DNA from: Emiliania huxleyi CCMP1516
Taxonomy: Eukaryota
Direction of reading: 5' to 3'
NCBI RefSeq assembly: GCF_000372725.1
Contig: NW_005202176.1
Location: 380,188-444,187, forward strand
DNA: 64,000 bases
In this document: positions 47,601 through 59,600 of the stretch, piece by piece
Layout: every line of letters begins with the position of its first letter
Numbering within the stretch: position 1 is the stretch's first letter
Notes under the pieces: generated by a model
The model's database searches: none
What the model saw: the letters and a program-made list of their open reading frames with translations, nothing else
What the model was told of the DNA's origin: nothing
Translations under genes and position numbers: made by a program

Positions 47601-50600
47601 TGCCGAAGCTGCGGAGCGGGAGGCCGTGGACCACAACCGCCTCGAGCCGCCGCGCGAGGACCTGCAGCACCTCTGCAGAGTACCAGTCAGGGTCGGCGGG
47701 GACGTCGAGCGCCATGTCGAGGACGGAATAGGCGCTCGGCACGGCGGCGGCGGCTCGCGCAACGCTCCACACGGAGCGCTTCCCGATCTCTTCGAACCGG
47801 CCGGCCGGCGCAAGGAGCGCGAAGGAGGTGGAGATGAAGTCCGCGGACAGGCTGTTGAGCACGCCGTCCAGGCGCCGCCCGCCAAGCTGCGATGCGAGCG
47901 AATGCCCGCACGAGGCAGCTTGGCGAGAGCTCGCAGTCGAGCGCACGCCGCAGCACCGCAGGAGGTGGTGCTTGCGCGGGGCGCCCGCGGTGCCAAAGAG
48001 CCGGAGGCGAAGCCACGCGGCGTACTCCGAAGCCGCCAGGCCAACGCCGCCGGCCGTAGCGTGCACGAGCAGCCGCCGCGAGCCGACGAGCCGGGACCGG
48101 ACGAACGCCACGTGCACAGTGCACCAGGTGCTGATCAGAGTGGTCGCGGCCTCAAAGCTCACCGCGCTCGGCTTGCGCACCTGCAATCGCGCGTCGCAGC
48201 ACACATGCGATGCGAGGCAATTCTTCGCCTGACCGAAGCAAGCGTCGCGCTGAGCAATGTGAGCGACCTGCGAGCCCGCGTGCTCCACCATGCCAGCGCA
48301 GTCGGAACCAAGCGTGCCAAGGTACTCCGACGGAAGTTCACCCAACGCATCCAGGACATCCCGGAAGTTGAGGCCGACCGCATGCACGGCGATGCTGACC
48401 TCGGTGGGCGCCACCTCGTTGCCATCGCGGGACGAGTGGTCGCCCCGAGGCTCGAGCTTGAGGTTCGCGAATGAGCCGCGGGGCTCGCAAGTCAGGACGA
48501 TCGACTGCAACGCCGCCGGCGATCTCCGCAAGGTCAGCCGGCGAACGTGCATCGAGCCGCCGCGGAGCGCGGCCTCGTTCTCGGCGGCGGGTCCCACTCG
48601 CAAGCCGTGGACGAACCCGTCCTCGGATGCCAGCGCGCGCGAGCGCACGAGCTCGGCCGCGCCACGCAGCGACTGCGCGCACCCGAAGTCGAGGTCCAGG
48701 TTGTACAGCGGCAGCCCGGCTGCCTCTTGCAGACACGCACGCGCAAAGCCCCACAGACCGGCGTGCTCGCTCGAGCTCCGCCGCACGGAGGCGACGGGCT
48801 GGGTCAGGTGCGTGCAGACCCACACCGGCACAGCGGCGGGCAGGTCCATCTGCCACTGCACGATGGTCAGCGCCGACGCGATGCTGCCCAGCGCGGCCGC
48901 AGCCCGGGGCGGCGCGACGAGGACGACGCCATCGAGAGCGCCGGCCTCGCGCAGCTCCGAGGCGGACCCGCTCTCCGCGCGCCGAGCGATGCTCCGCCCG
49001 AGCGCCGCGGCCAGCGTGCCGCGCCGGTCGCCCACGAGCAAGACGCGGGCCTCCTGGCTCGGATCGGCCGCGGCGGAGGCCACCGGAGCCCACTCGCACG
49101 CGTAGGACCAGTCGGCGGCCGGGGCAGCCTTGCCGGCGGCCGAGGCAGCCTTGCCGGCGGCGCCCTTCTTGAGCACACGGCTCTCGAAGTGGTCGAGCCT
49201 CGTCGCCTTCCCGAGGCCAGACAGGACGACGTCAGCCGTGGAGGCGCCTCGCCGGCTCAGCATCGCGACCATGTTGCCGTGCAAGCCGCTGAGCGCCGCC
49301 TCTGCCACCGAGAAGGGGAGTCGAGTCTCGCTCGAGCGCTCGCGCTCCATCAGAATCGAGGCCTGCAGCGCGCCGTCAAGGTCCGCGGGGTGGAGGAGAG
49401 TGCCCTCGAGGCACGCCTTGCGTCGGGGGCGCAGAGACGCGATCGCCGTGCCCGAGAGAGCCGACGCCCAGCCCTGAGCGAGCGTCTGGAAGGCGCGGCC
49501 GTACTCGAGCCCAACGGCGCGGAAGTCGCCGTAGATCCGAGCTGCATCGGCGGCGTGCGGGCAGCACGCGCGCTGCGCTGGCGCGGCGAGCGACCGCGCG
49601 CCCGCCGCGCCTCCCGCCCCGCCACCCGAGGGTGACGCCGCGCAATGCACCATCCGCTCGGCGAGGGCGGCGCCCGCGCCGCTGCGAATCTCAAGACTGT
49701 CGAGCGCACCCGACACCTCGCACTCGATGTGCTGGTCGGCAGCCGGCTCCACCACGCAGGGCTGCATGAAGAGGACGCGGCGCAGATGGCACGCACGGCT
49801 GCCCGCGTAAAGCGTGCTCGCCTGGCATGCGGCCCGCGCCAGCTCGAGGTAGCCGGCCGCGGGGAAGATGACGCGGCCTTGCACGACGTGGTCGGCCATG
49901 AGGGCAACTAGCCGGCCCCGGGCCGGCGAGCGGAAGAGGTGGGCCTCGCCGGCGCGGCCCGGCTGCTGCGCCAGCGGGTGCAGCTCGTCCTGCCACGAGA
50001 AGCGCTGCCTGCGGTAGACCAAGCCCGGAGCGGACGGCGGCCGCGCCGGCTCGCCCGCGCGGGCCGAGCACGAGAGGACGGCGTGGACAATGGTGCCGCT
50101 GTAGCCAAAGGAGGAGACTGCACCGTACATAAGACCCGACTGCCCGTGACCCACGTTGCTTGGTGCCGTGGGTAGTCCGCAAGGCACGATGGAGAGCACA
50201 TCGTGGACGTGGGGGTTCACTCTCCGGAGCTGCGCGTTCGGCGACGTCGCGGAGCCTTGCAATGCAAGCACCAACGCCTGAAACCCGCTGAATCCAGCGC
50301 CAGGCTCGGCGTGGCCCGCGTTGGCCTTGAGGCTCCCGACAGTCGTCTGTGCCGCGCCCTCCTTGGCGGCAGGAACAAAGACGCTCGTCGATAGACTCCG
50401 CATCTCGATCGGGTCGCCCAGCGCGGTTCCCGTCCCGTGTGCCTCCTCCACTTGCACGTCCGCAGCGCGCACCCCCGCCCGCGCTATCGCCGCGCTGATC
50501 AGACGGCACTGCGCCTGACCGTTCGGGGCGGTGAGGCTAGCACTCCGTCCATCGCAGCGGACAGTCACGCCAGCGACCGCGCATCGGCTCCTCTGGCCCT

Positions 50601-53600
50601 CGTCTTGCGGCTCGAAGACCGCCGCGCCGCAAGAGTCAGCGCGCACGTAGCCATCCGCCCTCTCGTCGAAGGTGTGGCACTTGCCTCGAGGCGATGTCAT
50701 GCCCGCGATCGCGAACGCCTGGTGGACGTCGGTCACGAGCATCACGTTGACCGCCAGGACCACCGCCTCGCGGCACTCGCCGAGCTGCAGAGTGCCGCAC
50801 GCCAGATTGGTGGCCGTCAGCCCTGCGGAGCAGGCGGTGTCGACTTGCGTGCAAGGTCCCTGCATGCCAAGCGCGAAGGAGAGCCTCCCAGCTGCTACGG
50901 ACTGGCTGCTGCCGGTGGCAGCGTAGACGGAGCGCCACGCGTCCGACTGGAGGAGCACCCTCGAGAAGTCTTGGCACGAGAGCGCCAGGAAGACTCCGGT
51001 CTCCCGGCCCAGGAGCGAGGCGCGCAGAAGCCCTGCGGCGTGCAAAGCCGCGTAGCCGTGCTCGAGGCACAGGCGCTGCTGTGGGTCCATGGCAAACGCC
51101 TCGCTCTTCGAGACAGAGAAGGCGGATGCGTCGAAGAGGTCAGCCTGGCGGAGGAAAGCTCCGTACCTCATCCGGCTGCACACCACATCGTCCAGTCCGC
51201 CAGCGACCGCGTCGGCGACAGCGCTTCCCACGTCCCACCGTTCCAGCGGGACCTCGGCAGCGACGTCTCCGCAAGAAGCAAGGACCAGTGAAAATGTGTG
51301 CTGCGTAGCAACGCCCGCCGGTAGGCGAACGCTGCTCCCGACCAGCGTCTGTGATGACGAGGTCATCACTGGCGGCGCGAGGCCCAACTCAGAGCCCGGG
51401 TTCTCCTCCGGCGCCTGCACCAGCGCAGAGATGGCGCGGACGGTCGGCGCGTCGAAAATGAAAGTCGACGGCAGCTCCAACCCATCGCCGGCTGCGCGCT
51501 GCAGCTGGTTGCGCAGCTCGACGGCGCCGAGTGAGTCCAAGCCCGCTTCCATGAGAGGCTTGTCCGGGTCGAGCTCAGCCCCCGCGACTCCCTGCGCAAT
51601 TCGCAGTACTTGCTCCATCGGAAGCTGGTTGGTCAAGGTCGAGCTTGCACCACGAGCGGTGGCGGCGGGCTTGAACCTGTCAAGCAGCAGTGGGACGGCG
51701 GGTAGAGACTCCAAGAACCGATCCCAATCGGTGAGAAACAGCGCAAACACGGCCGGCTCGCGAGCGCTGAGCGCCGCGACCAGACCGGCCGCCCCCTCCT
51801 GCAAGCTGATCTGCCGTAGGCCAGACGCCTGTAAGCGTGCACTCACCGCGCTGCCCGCCGCCATACCCACGTCCGCCCACGGGCCCCACTGCACGCTCGA
51901 CGCCGCCAGCCCGTCGCCGCGCCGCCGAGCCGACAGCGCGTCGAGGCAGCAGTTGGCCGCGCTGTAGTTCGACTGGCCCGCGCCAAACAGGGCAGCCATC
52001 GACGAGAAGAGCACGAACGAGTCGAGCGGCGCAGCGGCGCACGCGCTCTGCAGGCACCACGCGCCGCCCGCCTTGGGCGCGTACACGCGGCGCAGCGACG
52101 CCGCCGTCTGCGAGCGCAGCAGCCCGTCCGACAGCACGCCCGCCGCGTGCCACACGCCGCGCCAATCCCGCACGCCCACGAGACGGCGCACGTCGGCAGG
52201 CTCCGACGCGTCGCAGCGAGCCGCGAGCAAGGCACACGAGGCCACCGACCCCGCCGATGTGTCCGCCTGCGCCGCGCCCACTCGCCCGCTGCGCGAGGAG
52301 AGCACCACCGCCGACGCGCCTCGGCCGACCAGCCAGCCCGCGGTCACAAAAGCCAGGCCCCCGCTCCCGCCCGTCACGATGTGCGACCCGTGCGCGCTCT
52401 GCTCGAGGAAGGCCACGCGGAGCACCACCTTCCCGGAGTTTGAGCCGCTCTGCAGGTACCGGAACGCCGCGACCGCCTCGCTCTCCAGGTCGAAGAGCTC
52501 CAGCGGCAGCCCGTGCAACACGAGCCGCCGGGCCCGCGCCGCCAGCTGGCGCAGCGCATGTTGGGTCCACTCCGGAGCGTGCTCCATCGTCGCGTCGAGC
52601 GCAAGCACCTCGTAGCGCAGATGCGCCGCCGACGACCACGCCCGCGCCGACGACCACACGCCGCGCTTGCCGATCTCGGCGAAGGTGCCGCCCTCGCGAG
52701 CCAGCGCCACCGAACAGGCGATGAAGTCGCCGGAGAGGCTGTTGAGCACGCAATCCAACCGCCGCGAGCGCAAGGCCGCCAAGCCCGAAGCGTACGCGCC
52801 GCCGTCGCGCGAGCTGCCCATCCCCCCCTCCAGGCCCAGTGCGCGCAGAACGCGGTGCTTGCGTGGCCGCCCCGCGGTCGTGCCAGTCGCTAGCCGAAGC
52901 CAGTGGCTGTACTCCACAGCCGCAAAGCCAACTCCGCCCGCGCCCGCATGCACGAGCAGCCGGTGCCGGGCCAGCGGACGCGAGCCGCAAAACGCGGCAT
53001 GCACCGTGCTCCACACCGTCGGCAGAGTGCACGCCGAGGCGGGCGACAGCTCCGCCGGCCGCGCCGCCAGCAGCCGCACGTCAGCGCGGGCGAGCGAGGC
53101 AAGCGCCGCCACCGCGTGGCCAAGCACACACCCGCCAACCGCCAGCTCCGCCCCCGCCGCCGCGCCGAGAGCCGCCACGCGCGCCGCACAATCCGAGCCG
53201 GGCGCACCCGGGTCGCCGGGGTACGCACCCAGCACGTTGAGCACGTCGCGAAAGTTGAGGCCGACGCACCACACCCGCAACGAAGCCTCGCCGTCCGCCG
53301 CTACGCCGCTCCCGACCGGCTGCGGCACCACGCGCAAACTCGTCAGCGAGCCCCGCGCGTCAAAGCGAAGCGCGATGGGGCACGAAAGCGAGCACGCCGC
53401 AGCGACGAGCCGAGGCGCGAGAGCGACGTCGCCCACGAGGCGCAGCTCCGGCTCGGCCAAGCCCTGGAGGGCCAGCGCCGCCGCCGCCGGCTCCACGAGG
53501 GACACCGCCGCCGCGCCAGAGAGCGCAAGACAACCGAGCGGCGCCGATGGCGCCTCGCTCCGCGCCGACCGCGCGAGTCCCAGCAAGCCGGGCTGGTGCT

Positions 53601-56600
53601 CGTGGCTGTCCCGCGAGCGAGCGCCGCAAGCCCGCACCAGCCACAGAGGCACTTGGAGAGAGCCACCCGCCAGCTGTGAGCGCACCACGCCCAGCGCCGC
53701 CTCAAGCGCCCCGACCGGCTCGGCTGCCGCGCTCGTGCCCGCGATGCCACTGGGCGCCAACACCAAAGAGTCCGTCTGCCGCCCGCCGGTGACCTCGGCC
53801 GCCGGCCAGCGCCGCAGCCGCGGCCGGCACCTCCCGAGCACCAGCGCGCCACCGTCAGCGCCGCCAGCAGAGATAGGGAGAGCCGCCCCACCGGCCGGCC
53901 GCCACGCCGTAGTGTACAAATGCCGCTCGCGATCCGACGCAGCCGACTCCGCAATCGCGCGGCTCTCAAAGCCGCTCAGCCGCACCGCTGGCGCGCTGCC
54001 ACACGCCGCGCCCGCGAGCCAGACGCTGACCAAGCTCCCGCTCTCCCGAGCAGCGACCGACCAGAGCCGCCCCGAGGCCTGTTGCAGAGCGGCTGCGCCC
54101 ACGGCGAACGGCAGCCGAGTGCAGCCGGGGCGGGTCTCGGAGACCAGCTGCGTGAGCTGCAACGCGCCGTCCAGGTCGGCCGGGTGCAGCTGCGTGCCAG
54201 ACAGCCTGGAGCGCTTGTGCAGCCGTGCCGTCGCTGCGCCGGCCGTGGACAAGCGCGCCGCAGCGAGCGTGCGGTACTCCGGGCCGTACTCAAGCCGCAT
54301 CGAGCGCGAGTGGGCGTAAAGCCGGCCGACACCCGCCGCGCATGTGCAAGCGCTGGCGACGGACGGCAGGTCGAGCGGCGCGCTCGGCGACGCGAGCGGA
54401 CACGACGCGCCGGCGCAGTGCGCCGTGTGATCTGTCGGCTCCTCGCCGACGCCGCTGATCTCGAACCGGCCTGCGGCCGTGTCGACCTCACAGCTCACGC
54501 GCGCCGCCGAGCCGTCGAGCACGAGCGGCTTCAGAAAGAAGACGCGCCGCAGCGCAGCGCCTGCTGACGGCACGCTGCCGTGGGCGGCTGCGCTGGCCGC
54601 CCGCGCCATCTCCAGATATGCCGCCGCGGGAAAGACGACCTGGCCGTCGACGATGTGGTCGGAGACCAACGCCGCCAGCCGACCGACCGCCGGGCTCCAC
54701 GCAGTCGTCAAGCTGCCGGCGCTCGACACGTGGGCGCGCAGCGGGTGGCAGCCCGCCCACGGCTCGAAGCGACGGCGCTGCATCACAAGCGGCACGGCGC
54801 CCGACCGAAGCCGAGGACCCGACGTCCGCCGCTCGGCGTCGACCACACACGACGCGATCGTCCCGCTGTAGCCGAAGGAGCTCACCGCCCCTGTCGCCGC
54901 CGCGCCACCGCCCACCTGGAGGAAAGGCGAGTGCTGCGACGGGAGCGACGCGGTCGGCGCGCCCTCAAAGACCGCCGCAATGTGCGGGTTGACCGTGCGT
55001 AGCTGCGCGTTCGGCGACGCGACGCCGCCGCCAAGACCGACGGCCAGCCGCAGCAGCCCGGAGCCGCCCGCCGCCGGCTCGCCGTGGCCGGCGTTGGCCT
55101 TGACGCTCCCGGTGGGCAACGCGCACTCGTCGCCGAGGTACGTCAGCACCGCCGCGGCGAGCGAGCGCATCTCGATCGGGTCGCCCAGCGCCGTGCCCGT
55201 GCCGTGCGCCTCCCACATCGACAGGTCCTCGCACGGCAGGGCCGCGTCCACCAGAGTCGCGTCGAGCAGCGCGTGCTGGGCTCGCCCGTTCGGCGCGGTC
55301 AGGCTCGCGCTCTTCCCGTCCTGCCGCACGCAGCCGCCTCGCACCGCGAGCGTGCACGCCTCCACGCCCGTCGTGCGCAGCGTGAGCGCGCAGCACGCCT
55401 CGCCGCGCGCGTAGCCGTCGGCCCGAGCGTCGAAGGTGTGGCACCGGCCGCGCGCTGACAGCATGCCAGCCACAGCGAAGCTCGTGCCCAAGTTCGGCAG
55501 CAGCATCAAGCTGACGCCCGCTACGAGGCTGCCGATGCTCTCGCGCAGCTGCGTCGCCCGCAAGCCGGCGTGGCACGCCACCAGCGCGGCGGAGCACGCC
55601 GTGTCGTACGAGACGCACGGGCCCTGCAGGCCGAGCACGTAGGAAAGCCGGCCTGAAGCGATCGAGTGCGCGCTCCCCGTCGCGGCGTACACGCTCCCGC
55701 CCGCCGGCGACGCGTTCATCAGCAAATTGAAGTCCACGCTCGCGATCGCCACAAAGACGCCGAACGCCGTGTCCGCCAGGGCCGCCCGCTCGAGGCCTGC
55801 GCCACGCAGCGACTCGTAGCCCCGCTCGAGCAGCAACCGCTGCTGCGGGTCCATCGACTGCGCCTCGGCGCTCGACACGCCGAAACGCGCGTGGTCAAAC
55901 AGCTCCGCGCCGTGGACAAACGCGCCGTGCCGCACGCGCCTCGCCACCTCGCCGTCGGAGGGGCTCGGCGCCTCAAGCGTCCAACGCTCGACGGGCACCT
56001 CCGACACGAGGTTGGCGGCGCACGCCCCAACGCGGCTCAGCGACGCCGCAGATGCGACACCCGACGGCAGCACCATCTGCAGCCCGCCCGCGCGCACCGA
56101 GTCGCGTGAGAAGCGAGAGGCCTCCACGCTACCGCCGACCGCCGACCGACGAGACGCCGCCGCCGCCGTCGCCTCGCCGCCGAGAGCAGCCGAGGCAAAG
56201 AAGGCAGCGAGCTGGCGCGCCGTCGGGTGGTCGAAAACCAGTGTGCTTGGCAGAGAGAGCGAGTCGCCCGCCGCGGCATGCAGCTGGTTGCGCAGCTCGA
56301 CGGCGCCGAGCGAGTCGACGCCCGCGTCCATCAGCGGCACGTCCGCGTCGAGCCCGCCTCCCGCGATTTGGCGAGCGATCTCCAGGACAAGGTCGAGGTC
56401 AACCGTGCTCTTGCCTGCAGACCCGCCGGCAGCGACGGCGGCCTTCGGCGCGGCGGAGCCACCCGAGGCCGCCAGCGACGACAGCAGCGGTGGCGTCGTG
56501 CCCATCGTCCGCACAAGCCGACGCCAGTCGACCACCAACAAGGCCAAGACTGGAGGCGCCTGCGGCACCGCGGCAGCCGCCAGTGCCGCCCGGCCCTGAG

Positions 56601-59600
56601 CGGCCGTGATCAAGCCGACCCCCGTCGCCTGCAGCCGACCGCCCACCGCGCCGCCCGCCGCCATACCCACGTCCGCCCACGGGCCCCACTGCACGCTCGA
56701 CGCCGCCAGCCCGTCGCCGCGCCGCCGAGCCGACAGCGCGTCGAGGCAGCAGTTGGCCGCGCTGTAGTTCGACTGGCCCGCGCCAAACAGGGCAGCCATC
56801 GACGAGAAGAGCACGAACGAGTCGAGCGGCGCAGCGGCGCACGCGCTCTGCAGGCACCACGCGCCGCCCGCCTTGGGCGCGTACACGCGGCGCAGCGACG
56901 CTGCCGTCTGCGAGCGCAGCAGCCCGTCCGACAGCACGCCCGCCGCGTGCCACACGCCGCGCCACTCCCGCACGCCCACGAGACGGCGCACGTCGGCGGG
57001 CTCCGACGCGTCGCAGCGAGCCGCGAGCAAGGCACACGAGGCCACCGACCCCGCCGATGTGTCCGCCTGCGCCGCGCCCACTCGCCCGCTGCGCGAGGAG
57101 AGCACCACCGCCGACGCGCCTCGGCCGACCAGCCAGCCCGCGGTCACAAAAGCCAGGCCCCCGCTCCCGCCCGTCACGATGTGCGACCCGTGCGCGCTCT
57201 GCTCGAGGAAGGCCACGCGGAGCACCACCTTCCCGGAGTTTGAGCCGCTCTGCAGGTACCGGAACGCCGCGACCGCCTCGCTCTCCAGGTCGAAGAGCTC
57301 CAGCGGCAGCCCGTGCAACACGAGCCGCCGGGCCCGCGCCGCCAGCTGGCGCAGCGCATGTTGGGTCCACTCCGGAGCGTGCTCCATCGTCGCGTCGAGC
57401 GCAAGCACCTCGTAGCGCAGATGCGCCGCCGACGACCACGCCCGCGCCGACGACCACACGCCGCGCTTGCCGATCTCGGCGAAGGTGCCGCCCTCGCGAG
57501 CCAGCGCCACCGAACAGGCGATGAAGTCGCCGGAGAGGCTGTTGAGCACGCAGTCCAACCGCCGCGAGCGCAAGGCCGCCAAGCCCGAAGCGTACGCGCC
57601 GCCGTCGCGCGAGCTGCCCATCCCCCCCTCCAGGCCCAATGCGCGCAGAACGCGGTGCTTGCGTGGCCGCCCCGCGGTCGTGCCAGTCGCTAGCCGAAGC
57701 CAGTGGCTGTACTCCACAGCCGCAAGGCCAACTCCGCCCGCGCCCGCATGCACGAGCAGCCGGTGCCGGGCCAGCGGACGCGAGCCGCAAAACGCGGCAT
57801 GCACCGTGCTCCACACCGTCGGCAGAGTGCACGCCGAGGCGGGCGACAGCTCCGCCGGCCGCGCCGCCAGCAGCCGCACGTCAGCGCGGGCGAGCGAGGC
57901 AAGCGCCGCCACCGCGTGGCCAAGCACACACCCGCCAACCGCCAGCTCCGCCCCCGCCGCCGCGCCGAGAGCCGCCACGCGCGCCGCACAATCCGAGCCG
58001 GGCGCACCCGGGTCGCCGGGGTACGCACCCAGCACGTTGAGCACGTCGCGAAAGTTGAGGCCGACGCACCACACCCGCAACGAAGCCTCGTCGTCCGCGG
58101 CAACGCTTTTGTTGAGCGGCTGCGGCACCACGCGCAAACTCGTCAGCGAGCCCCGCGCGTCAAAGCGAAGCGCGATGGGGCACGAAAGCGAGCACGCCGC
58201 AGCGACGAGCCGAGGCGCGAGAGCGACGTCGCCCACGAGGCGCAGCTCCGGCTCGGCCAAGCCCTGGAGGGCCAGCGCCGCCGCCGCCGGCTCCACGAGG
58301 GACACCGCCGCCGCGCCAGAGAGCGCAAGACAACCGAGCGGCGCCGATGGCGCCTCGCTCCGCGCCGACCGCGCGAGTCCCAGCAAGCCGGGCTGGTGCT
58401 CGTGGCTGTCCCGCGAGCGAGCGCCGCAAGCCCGCACCAGCCACAGAGGCACTTGGAGAGAGCCACCCGCCAGCTGTGAGCGCACCACGCCCAGCGCCGC
58501 CTCAAGCGCCCCGACCGGCTCGGCTGCCGCGCTCGTGCCCGCGATGCCACTGGGCGCCAACACCAAAGAGTCCGTCTGCCGCCCGCCGGTGACCTCGGCC
58601 GCCGGCGAGCGCCGCAGCCGCGGCCGGCACCTCCCGAGCACCAGCGCGCCACCGTCAGCGCCGCCAGCAGAGATAGGGAGAGCCGCCCCGCCGGCCGGCC
58701 GCCACGCCGTAGTGTACAAATGCCGCTCGCGATCCGACGCAGCCGACTCCGCAATCGCGCGGCTCTCAAAGCCGCTCAGCCGCACCGCTGGCGCGCTGCC
58801 ACACGCCGCGCCCGCGAGCCAGACGCTGACCAAGCTCCCGCTCTCCCGAGCAGCGACCGACCAGAGCCGCCCCGACGCCTGTTGCAGAGCGGCTGCGCCC
58901 ACGGCGAACGGCAGCCGAGTGCAGCCGGGGCGGGTCTCGGAGACCAGCTGCGTGAGCTGCAACGCGCCGTCCAGGTCGGCCGGGTGCAGCTGCGTGCCAG
59001 ACAGCCTGGAGCGCTTGTGCAGCCGTGCCGTCGCTGCGCCGGCCGTGGACAAGCGCGCCGCAGCGAGCGTGCGGTACTCCGGGCCGTACTCAAGCCGCAT
59101 CGAGCGCGAGTGGGCGTAAAGCCGGCCGACACCCGCCGCGCATGTGCAAGCGCTGGCGACGGACGGCAGGTCGAGCGGCGCGCTCGGCGAAGCGAGCGGA
59201 CACGACGCGCCGGCGCAGTGCGCCGTGTGATCTGTCGGCTCCTCGCCGACGCCGCTGATCTCGAACCGGCCTGCGGCCGTGTCGACCTCACAGCTCACGC
59301 GCGCCGCCGAGCCGTCGAGCACGAGCGGCTTCAGAAAGAAGACGCGCCGCAGCGCAGCGCCTGCTGACGGCACGCTGCCGTGGGCGGCTGCGCTGGCCGC
59401 CCGCGCCATCTCCAGATATGCCGCCGCGGGAAAGACGACCTGGCCGTCGACGATGTGGTCGGAGACCAACGCCGCCAGCCGACCGACCGCCGGGCTCCAC
59501 GCAATCGTCAAGCTGCCGGCGCTCGACACGTGGGCGCGCAGCGGGTGGCAGCCCGCCCACGGCTCGAAGCGACGGCGCTGCATCACAAGCGGCACGGCGC

